The position numbers and the translations under genes are program-made. From Capsulimonadaceae bacterium (lineage in GTDB: Bacteria > Armatimonadota > Armatimonadia > Armatimonadales > Capsulimonadaceae), in assembly GCA_965215505.1 (NCBI GenBank), contig OZ244065.1:5280001-5344000 (forward strand): 64,000 bases of DNA. Reading direction: 5' to 3'. The notes below the pieces were generated by a model. It was not told where the DNA came from. It saw only the letters and a program-made list of their open reading frames with translations, and did not search any database. Each line of letters begins with the position of its first letter. Positions within the stretch are counted from its first letter, which is position 1. Below are positions 20,261 to 27,229 of this stretch, one piece after another.

Positions 20261-22729
20261 CTACTCGGCCGCCCCCGGCTCGCCGGGGTTCTCCACGGTG
20301 CCGGGCGCGCGCTTGAACATGGAGCCGTCTGCCTGCGGAGCGCCCAGGACCTGGGCCGGGGCCTTCTTCCACTCCTTGGCGGTCGTGTGGATCAGGTGCT
20401 TGACCGCATCCGGCTCCCCGCCACCCGGCCGGTCCTGCGCCAGCACCAGCGTCGAGCCGTGCGGATCATAGCCGCTCTTGGCGTCCGCCACCTTCTTCAA
20501 GGTCACGGTCGTCGCGCCGTAAGCCAGCGCGCCCGTTTGGACGTCCGCCGTCGGGTCCAGGATGGCGAGCGGGTTCTGCCCGCGCCCCGCCGCGTTGCGC
20601 CCGTAGACCTCGTGCCCCTGCCCGATCGGCATGGCGACCGCTTGGGGGTTGATGCCGGGGTAGGGGACGGCGGGGACATCCACCGACCCGTGCGCCGTCG
20701 TCAGCCGCACGATGTCGCCGGTACGGATGCCCAGGGAGTGCGCGACCTCCATGTTGATCTCCACCCAGGAGTTCCAGACCGCCATCGTCATCGGGTCCGG
20801 GTTTTCCTGCATCCACCCCAGGTTGGCATGCCGCCCGTCGTGGTTGTAGATGTTCGGGTACAGATGCAGCGCGAACGCCCCCGCTCCCCTCTGACTCCCC
20901 TCTCCCGGCACGGGGGAGGGGCGGGGGGTGGGGGCAGTCACAGCCCGCGTCGCCGCGCCCGTCGTCCAAGCCCCGCCCGTGGCGAGCGCTCCCACCCACG
21001 CCGGGTCGTTCTCGGTCGTGTCGGCGGCGAGGTCGGCCTGCCCGATGCCCGCCCACGTCCGCCGCACGGCGGCCCGCGTGTCGGCGTCCGTCAGAGTCTT
21101 GCCCATCCGGCCCGCGATGTCGGTCAGCAGTCCGCCCAAGGGCCGCGTGTCCATCCACGGCACGAATACCTGGTGGTCCTGCACCTGCCCGTGCCCGCCG
21201 ACGAACTGCGGGTCAATGATCGGCTGCCGCAGGGTCGCCAGGTGTACCCCCGCCGGGATGACCGGCGGGACGTGGTCCCCCCAATCCTCCAGGAACGTCC
21301 GCGTCGGAAGGACGACATCGGCATGGGCCGTCGTCTCGTCCTCGAAGGGCGTCATCGCCGCGACAAACGACACCTTCGCCAAAGCCTCGGTGAACCCCGT
21401 CGCCGTCGGCAGCGTGAACACCGGGTTCGGCTGGCCCAAAATCAGCAGCGCACCGACTTGCCCAGATTGCATGGCCTGTACCAACTGCTGAATGCCCTTG
21501 AAGCCGACCCCGTCCGTGCCGGCGGCAGCGGGCGCGGCGATCCCCGCCGTCCCGAACCCCACACACCGGCTCCCCACCTGCGCGTTCAATGCTTCAACCG
21601 CCGTAAACGCCGCCGTCGCATTGGCCGAATTCATCAATCCGTTGCCGGGGACTGCCACCGCGCGCGCCCCAGCCGTCCGCATCGCGTCCGCGATGCTCTG
21701 GATCTGCACCTCGGTCAATCCGGACGCCGACGCTGCCTGAGCCATGGGAACGCCCGCGCCGCCCAGCGCAGCCCCGACCGCTGACGCCACGACCGCCTCC
21801 GTGCCCGGATTGCAAGGCAGCCACACGTCCGCCTTCGCCGCCGTCATGCTCATGCGCGGGCCGACATAGACAAACCGCCCGTGTTCGCCCTGCGCCCGGC
21901 GCGGCCCCTGCCGGAAGTCGCCGAACAGGCGGTTGTAATAGACGGGCGAAGGCCACGCCTCCAGGAAGTCGCCGCCGAACGAGACGATCAGGTCCGCCTC
22001 GTCGAGCTGATAGGCCGGCACCTGGTCGCGCCCGTAGACCGACCGCGAGGCAGCCCGCCAGGGGGCGTCGTCCAGCAGCGAATAGGTAAAGACAGTCGCG
22101 CCAATCACCCCGGCGAACTCCCGGATCAGACGCATCTGCGTCGGGGAATGGCCGAACTCCTGCGCGTCGGCCAAAATGGCGACCCGGCCCGACGCGCCTC
22201 GCAGGCCCTTAACGACCCGGCCCAGGGCCGGCTCCCACTCAGACTGTGTGGCCGAGACTTCGGTGATCTTCGCGCGACCGTCCGGCGGGTTGGCGTCCTT
22301 GTCCCGGTCCCGCGTGAACGTCGCGCCCCGCCGGTCGTGCAGGGCGGGGACGCGCAGCCGGTCCGGGTTGTACAGGTGCTGCAAGGCCGTCTGGCCCCGC
22401 GCACAGGAGCCGCCCCGGCTGACCGGGTGGGCGGGGTTGCCCTCGACTTTGAGCGCCCGCCCGCTCATCGTCCGGACCAGGAGGCCGCACCCCGCTGGAC
22501 ACATCTGGCAGACCGTGGCGAAGTACTGCGGCACGCCGTCCTGGTAGCCGTCGGGCTGGTTCAGGTAGGGGTAGACGCGGTTGTCATAGCCCCCGTACTG
22601 GCCGGTGACCTCCGCCCGGTAGAGGCCGGGGTTGTAGCGGCTCAGGGGACGGACTTCGCAGCCGGAGGCGGCGACCGCGCCGCCGACCACGGTGAGCTGT
22701 ATGAATTTGCGCCGACTGATCTCGGTCAT
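20261..22729 (-). CDS. Tat-exported molybdopterin oxidoreductase-like subunit, ActB1
   Basis: SRRKFIQ Tat motif, CQMCPAGC...C, KVEGNPAHP, WMQENPDP. Confidence 0.9.
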   Translation of the reverse strand: MTEISRRKFIQLTVVGGAVAASGCEVRPLSRYNPGLYRAEVTGQYGGYDNRVYPYLNQPDGYQDGVPQYFATVCQMCPAGCGLLVRTMSGRALKVEGNPAHPVSRGGSCARGQTALQHLYNPDRLRVPALHDRRGATFTRDRDKDANPPDGRAKITEVSATQSEWEPALGRVVKGLRGASGRVAILADAQEFGHSPTQMRLIREFAGVIGATVFTYSLLDDAPWRAASRSVYGRDQVPAYQLDEADLIVSFGGDFLEAWPSPVYYNRLFGDFRQGPRRAQGEHGRFVYVGPRMSMTAAKADVWLPCNPGTEAVVASAVGAALGGAGVPMAQAASASGLTEVQIQSIADAMRTAGARAVAVPGNGLMNSANATAAFTAVEALNAQVGSRCVGFGTAGIAAPAAAGTDGVGFKGIQQLVQAMQSGQVGALLILGQPNPVFTLPTATGFTEALAKVSFVAAMTPFEDETTAHADVVLPTRTFLEDWGDHVPPVIPAGVHLATLRQPIIDPQFVGGHGQVQDHQVFVPWMDTRPLGGLLTDIAGRMGKTLTDADTRAAVRRTWAGIGQADLAADTTENDPAWVGALATGGAWTTGAATRAVTAPTPRPSPVPGEGSQRGAGAFALHLYPNIYNHDGRHANLGWMQENPDPMTMAVWNSWVEINMEVAHSLGIRTGDIVRLTTAHGSVDVPAVPYPGINPQAVAMPIGQGHEVYGRNAAGRGQNPLAILDPTADVQTGALAYGATTVTLKKVADAKSGYDPHGSTLVLAQDRPGGGEPDAVKHLIHTTAKEWKKAPAQVLGAPQADGSMFKRAPGTVENPGEPGAAE

Positions 22730-22756
22730 AGGGTGGAAGCTCTTCTAAAGACTCGC

Positions 22757-23317
22757 CTAATAGTGGCAGGTATAGCAGTCAACGGACGCCTGATACGGCT
22801 GGAACTTCTTCTCGTACTGCCGGTGGCAGGAGATGCACCAGCCCATGTTCATCTCAATCGGCTGGTAGACGACATACATGCTGCCGACGTTGCCGTGGCA
22901 GGTGGCGCAGGCGATGCCCGCGCCGACATGGGCGGAGTGGACGAAGTGGACGTAGCCCGGCTGCTGGTTGACCCGCACCCAGGGGACCGGCTGCTGGGCG
23001 ATGTAGTACTGCCGGATTCGCGCGATCTGCGGGTGCGTGATGGAGATGTTCTTGTGGCAGCCCCAGCAGACCTCGATGGGCGGGTAGTTGGCGTAGCGCG
23101 AAGCCGCCGCCGTCCAGTGGCAGTAGGCGCACGGAATGTGCAGCTCGTTGACGTGGACGCGGTGGTAGAACGCGACGGGCTGGGTCGGGCCGGGCGAGCC
23201 GATCCAGTTGGTCTTGCGCTCGTGCGTCGTTTCCGGCCAGAAGAAGGCGAGACTGAGCAGTGCCAGCAGGAGAACGCTGGCAACGGAAAAGAGGCGGATG
23301 AAAACGGGGCGGGTCAC
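22757..23317 (-). CDS. actA: Pentaheme cytochrome c, ActA
   Basis: Five CxxCH motifs (CAYCH, CWGCH, CATCH, CISCH, CYTCH), N-terminal TM. Confidence 0.92.
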   Translation of the reverse strand: MTRPVFIRLFSVASVLLLALLSLAFFWPETTHERKTNWIGSPGPTQPVAFYHRVHVNELHIPCAYCHWTAAASRYANYPPIEVCWGCHKNISITHPQIARIRQYYIAQQPVPWVRVNQQPGYVHFVHSAHVGAGIACATCHGNVGSMYVVYQPIEMNMGWCISCHRQYEKKFQPYQASVDCYTCHY

Positions 23318-23472
23318 TCCAAGTGGTCCCTTTTCTAAGAAGGCTCGCGAAAGACGGAGAGAAGGTCGAAGCGAAGGTTACAAATCACGACGGACCATGA
23401 TGGATCGCGTCGGTGTTATCTACCCGGCCCTGCCGGGGCATCAAACTCTCTCGCTTTCTAGTTTACCTGAGT

Positions 23473-23509
23473 TTGTGAAAGTTTGCACATTCTTTTTTTG
23501 TGGTATAAT
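23473..23509 (+). promoter_or_regulatory. Rex-like operator plus extended -10 promoter
   Basis: TTGTGAA-agtt-TGCACAT at 23473-23490; TGGTATAAT ending 23509. Confidence 0.55.
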
Positions 23510-23518
23510 CTCGCCGTT

Positions 23519-23833
23519 ATGGACCCAACCCCAACCCAGTTCATCGCCCTCTGCGCGATCTTCATCGGCGTCCACGTCGTCGCCCTGCCCGCCTTCGTCT
23601 GGGCCGTGCGGCGCGGACAGTTCCGCGGCCGGGAGCAGCGCGAATGGCACCTGGACGACTCGGACACCCTGACCGCACCGCCCGGCCTGTCCCCGCGCAA
23701 CGCCGTCAAGGCGCGCTGGATGGTCGGCGTACTCGGCACACTCGGCGTCCTGATGATCGCCTCGGTCTTCCTGGTGATGTTCGTCGCTCTGAACGCGACC
23801 GCCCACCCAGCGACCGGCAAGTGCCCCTTCTGA
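23519..23833 (+). CDS. CcoS-like small membrane protein
   Basis: AFVWAVRRGQF motif; two TMs; C-terminal GKCPF. Confidence 0.6.
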   Translation: MDPTPTQFIALCAIFIGVHVVALPAFVWAVRRGQFRGREQREWHLDDSDTLTAPPGLSPRNAVKARWMVGVLGTLGVLMIASVFLVMFVALNATAHPATGKCPF

Positions 23834-23854
23834 GGGCTTAGAAGAGGAGACGCC

Positions 23855-24130
23855 ATGGCAATCATGCAGGGTGGAGACACCTTCTTCTGGTTCTGGATCA
23901 CGGCCCTGACCACAGTCGGCGCGGTCCTGGCCGTCTGGTATTATGTCATCGTCGGCCGCGACCGCAAGCCGCGCAAGCAGCGGCGCGGCGAGGAGACCCT
24001 GGAGCGGTTCGGGAGCATCGAGGAGGACCGCGCGCCCATCCCCAAGTTCCTGATCTGGACCTACTTCGGCGTCGGCCTGTGGGCATTGGGCTACATCCTC
24101 TGGACGGGCATTGAAGGGATCGGTATGTAA
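23855..24130 (+). CDS. Small membrane protein resembling CcoP N-terminal segment
   Basis: GSIEEDRAPIPKFLIW; strong SD. Confidence 0.6.
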   Translation: MAIMQGGDTFFWFWITALTTVGAVLAVWYYVIVGRDRKPRKQRRGEETLERFGSIEEDRAPIPKFLIWTYFGVGLWALGYILWTGIEGIGM

Positions 24131-24735
24131 TGGCTGGTTTCGCCGCCGCGCTTCAGTCCTTCCGGCACCTCCTCGCCCCGCCCGCCCGCCCGAACCGCCT
24201 CCTAGCAAAGCGCCGGGTGCGCCTGTTCGCCGCCGCCGGCGCGGGGTCTGCGGGCGGTTTCGTCCTGCTCGCCGTCTATTACGCCACCCTGGGCCTCCTG
24301 CCCTCCGCCTTCGCCTACCCGACGACCGAGTACCCCGTCTCCGCCTGGGCGCACCGGCTCGACCTGGCGCAGTTCGCCGGGACGTTCCTGTACCCGCCCC
24401 TCCCGTCCCCGCTGACCTGGTGGCTCGGGCTGGTCGTCTTGTTCGGGACCTTCACCGCCCTGGGCGTGGTTTACGCGATCCTGCTGACCTGGACCTTGCA
24501 GACCTCTGACATCAAGAAGGGATTGGGCCTCGGCTTTGCCCTCTTTTTCGGGCTTGCCGCGACGCTCTCGATCGCCAACGGCGTCCACCCGGCAATCATG
24601 CGGAACACGCTCCCCGACACCGGCGTCTTCCTGATCGGCTGGTCGTCCCTCGCGACCCTGCAACTGCTTCTCGTCCATCTGCTCTACGGGGCGACCGTCG
24701 GCGTACTCTATCAGCGCTTCTCCGAACGCAGCTAA
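24130..24735 (+). CDS. Multi-pass membrane protein
   Basis: TAATG coupling; four hydrophobic helices, HLLYG. Confidence 0.7.
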   Translation: MAGFAAALQSFRHLLAPPARPNRLLAKRRVRLFAAAGAGSAGGFVLLAVYYATLGLLPSAFAYPTTEYPVSAWAHRLDLAQFAGTFLYPPLPSPLTWWLGLVVLFGTFTALGVVYAILLTWTLQTSDIKKGLGLGFALFFGLAATLSIANGVHPAIMRNTLPDTGVFLIGWSSLATLQLLLVHLLYGATVGVLYQRFSERS

Positions 24736-24767
24736 GACCGCCGGAAACAGAAAAGCGGGAAACAGAA

Positions 24768-24801
24768 AAGCGGGCCGGGTCCAATTGGACCCGGCCCGCT
24801 T
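24768..24801. terminator. Hairpin terminator between convergent genes
   Basis: aagcgggccgggtcc-aatt-ggacccggcccgctt. Confidence 0.85.
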
Positions 24802-24815
24802 CCTTGTGTGAGCGA

Positions 24816-25247
24816 CTAGTACCGGTCGCTGCCGCCGCCGCGACCGCCACGGCCACCGCCGCCGCCGCCGTAGCCGCCACCGCCGCCGCCGTAGCCGCCG
24901 CTGTCACGGCCGCCGCCGCCGCCGCCGCCGTAGCTGCCGCCGCCACCGCCGCCGCCGTAACCGCCGCCGCCGCCACGGCTGCCGCCGCCGCCACCGCCCT
25001 CACGCGGGCGGGACTCGTTGACGACGAGGGCGCGGCCCCCGACGTTGCGACCGTTGATGGCCGCGATGGCCTGCTGGGCCTCGTCTTCGCTCGCCATCTC
25101 GACGAAGCCGAAGCCGCGGGCCTGGCCGGTATAGCGGTCGGTGACCACCTGGGCGCTGGAGACGTTGCCCGCCTCGGAGAACAGGTCATGGAGCTGCTGG
25201 TCGGTCATCTGATAGCTCAGGTTGCCGACGTAGAGTTTGGTTGCCAT
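24816..25247 (-). CDS. RRM RNA-binding protein with Gly-rich tail
   Basis: RNP2 LYVGNL, RNP1 RGFGFVEM, RGG/GGY tail. Confidence 0.95.
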   Translation of the reverse strand: MATKLYVGNLSYQMTDQQLHDLFSEAGNVSSAQVVTDRYTGQARGFGFVEMASEDEAQQAIAAINGRNVGGRALVVNESRPREGGGGGGSRGGGGGYGGGGGGGSYGGGGGGGRDSGGYGGGGGGYGGGGGGRGGRGGGSDRY

Positions 25248-25468
25248 TCTAAGTAATGGTCCCTTTCGGTGTGTGACGCGCTCCCCGAAGACATCCGGAA
25301 GCTGAGATCAAATTGCCTTCTTCTCGTCGTTTCTCGTCGTAGAACAGCCAACATTTCGGAGGTCTCGGACACGTCGGCAACACCGAAGGAACCGGAGCGA
25401 CACGGAAGCGGGCAGCGGACCGAATGCGAAAATGGAAGGCCACCGGGACTTTTCCCGGCATCGGTGTC

Positions 25469-25497
25469 ATTATACCACGCCTCACATGTAAGCGCAA
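25469..25497 (-). promoter_or_regulatory. Sigma70 promoter of RRM gene
   Basis: TTGCGC-17bp-TATAAT with TG extension. Confidence 0.7.
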
Positions 25498-25551
25498 ACA
25501 TTATTTGCCCCAATCTTTTGCCGCGCCAGGCTGATTCTGCCCTTCCCGCTC

Positions 25552-25581
25552 TTGACAACGCCCCGCCCGATACGGTAACAT
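25552..25581 (+). promoter_or_regulatory. Promoter of tRNA-Thr/Tyr
   Basis: TTGACA-18bp-TAACAT. Confidence 0.6.
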
Positions 25582-25606
25582 ATTCGGGCGTTTCGTCAAT
25601 GCACGG

Positions 25607-25680
25607 GCCGGGATAGCTCAGTTGGCCAGAGCGGCTGTTTTGTAAACAGCGGGTCGCGGGTTCGAATCCTGTTCCCGGCT
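25607..25680 (+). tRNA. tRNA-Thr(TGT)
   Basis: Cloverleaf; anticodon arm gctgt-tttgtaa-acagc; GTTCGAATC. Confidence 0.95.
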
Positions 25681-25705
25681 TGACATAGTTTCGCAACAAA
25701 AGCAT

Positions 25706-25788
25706 GGGTCGGTGTCCGAGTGGTTAAAGGAGGCGGTCTGTAAAATCGTCGGCGCAAGCCTACACAAGTTCGAAACTTGTCCGGCCCA
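25706..25788 (+). tRNA. tRNA-Tyr(GTA)
   Basis: gcggt-ctgtaaa-atcgt, long variable arm, GTTCGAAAC. Confidence 0.93.
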
Positions 25789-25796
25789 TCAAAACC

Positions 25797-25836
25797 GCGC
25801 CCGCGCTTCAATCCCAAGAAGCGCGGGCGTTTTGTT
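25797..25836 (+). terminator. Intrinsic terminator after tRNA-Tyr
   Basis: cgcccgcgcttc..gaagcgcgggcg-ttttgtt. Confidence 0.8.
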
Positions 25837-25856
25837 GTTCCGTCCCCGCACGGCCC

Positions 25857-25885
25857 TTGACAAACGCCGCACTTTTCAGTATAAT
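25857..25885 (+). promoter_or_regulatory. Consensus sigma70 promoter
   Basis: TTGACA-17bp-TATAAT upstream of tRNA-Thr(GGT). Confidence 0.9.
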
Positions 25886-25920
25886 CATGCCTCCGGTCAA
25901 GGCAGACTGCTCCCTTTCCC

Positions 25921-25992
25921 GCCCACTTAGCTCAGTGGTAGAGCACTTCTTTGGTAAAGAAGAGGTCAAGGGTCCGATTCCCTTAGTGGGCT
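25921..25992 (+). tRNA. tRNA-Thr(GGT)
   Basis: cttct-ttggtaa-agaag anticodon arm; acceptor GCCCACT/AGTGGGC. Confidence 0.93.
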
Positions 25993-26013
25993 GTATCCCA
26001 GCCGTTTTGCCCG

Positions 26014-26050
26014 GAAAGCGCCCCAGATTTTAGATCTGGGGCGCTTTCTT
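26014..26050 (+). terminator. Intrinsic terminator
   Basis: gaaagcgccccagat..atctggggcgctttctt. Confidence 0.85.
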
Positions 26051-26125
26051 GTGTTTCGTCAGGCAGGAGGAGACGGGGGCGAGTCCGTTGAACTACCGCG
26101 TGGCAAGCGTGAGCCACTTTAGAAA

Positions 26126-26674
26126 GTGATCGCCAGGAAGCAACCCATGACCGCACCCTTGCCGCCAGACCCGATGCCGCTCACCGAAACCTGGGCGCGG
26201 GCGGCCCGTGAACTGGAATTGAGGCTCGCCATCGCCGACCGTGATGAGCGAACAGGCCCCTACCTTGAGCTGATGCGGAACCTGCGCCCTCTCGTGGATT
26301 TGACGCAGCAGATCGCCGCCACCAAGTACGCGCAGTCCTACCGGGCGGGAACGTCTCTGCGGGAGACGCTCATGATCTCCACCGCAGCGCAGCATCGCTT
26401 GGAACCCGACGAGCCTTACATCACGGTCAGCATCGAGCGCACTGCACGCGGCACGTTCGGCCTGTGCATTCTGTACTATGGGGGCCGGGAGGCAAGTGAA
26501 AGCCTCCAGGCGCTTGTTAAGACCTATGGCACTGATGACCACCAGATGATCGAGAAGAACCTCCGGCGGGACCTGACGAAATTCTACTACCCCTGCGAAT
26601 GTGCCGACGCTTGGGATACTTTGCAGCCCCTGATGGTGCGGCTCTGGAACGAGACGCACCCGTGGTTCGGCTGA
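26126..26674 (+). CDS. Hypothetical protein
   Basis: Protein-like composition; no family recognised. Confidence 0.65.
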   Translation: MIARKQPMTAPLPPDPMPLTETWARAARELELRLAIADRDERTGPYLELMRNLRPLVDLTQQIAATKYAQSYRAGTSLRETLMISTAAQHRLEPDEPYITVSIERTARGTFGLCILYYGGREASESLQALVKTYGTDDHQMIEKNLRRDLTKFYYPCECADAWDTLQPLMVRLWNETHPWFG

Positions 26675-26734
26675 TGAAAAGGAGCGAAGTAGGCAGTGGG
26701 TAGCGGGAGGGCCTGAGAGGTCAAAGGGTTAGTC

Positions 26735-27223
26735 GTGTTCAACGAAGATGTTCCTCCGCTCGAGCGCGTCTACCGGGGCGGGCGGATCAGTCTTCTTGTT
26801 CTCGACCGCGCTCAGATCGCTGACCTCGCACCCGAGGTGCCTTACCTCGTCATCTCCGTGACCGACCCGGATCGGCCGGACGCCTCGCTTCAGGCGACTT
26901 CGCTCCTGCGGGCCGTTCTGCGGCTCAGGTTCCACGACAACGCGCCGACGGTGGACATACCGGGGCTAGAGGGTTTTCCGATCGGCGCGGAGGCGGAAGC
27001 ACGGATGACGAGGGAGGATGCTCAGGCGACTCTTGCCTTCGTCCGAGAACATCTCGATACGGTGGAACTGATCGTCTGCCAGTGCGAGGCAGCGGTCAGC
27101 CGTTCGGCGGGAATCGCGGCGGCTCTATCGCGCATCCTCCAGGGCGATGACGGTTTCTTCTTCGCCAACTACTGGCCCAACAAGTGGGTCTACCGCGCCA
27201 TTCTGGACGCATCGGTACAATAG
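26735..27223 (+). CDS. Predicted protein tyrosine/dual-specificity phosphatase-like
   Basis: CX5R motif CEAAVSRS; ISVTDP; PNKWV. Confidence 0.75.
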   Translation: MFNEDVPPLERVYRGGRISLLVLDRAQIADLAPEVPYLVISVTDPDRPDASLQATSLLRAVLRLRFHDNAPTVDIPGLEGFPIGAEAEARMTREDAQATLAFVREHLDTVELIVCQCEAAVSRSAGIAAALSRILQGDDGFFFANYWPNKWVYRAILDASVQ

Positions 27224-27229
27224 TGCCTG

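Noticed and set aside
24830-24995. GCC-rich repeat tract
   Set aside because: Encodes the ordinary Gly-rich tail of the RRM protein
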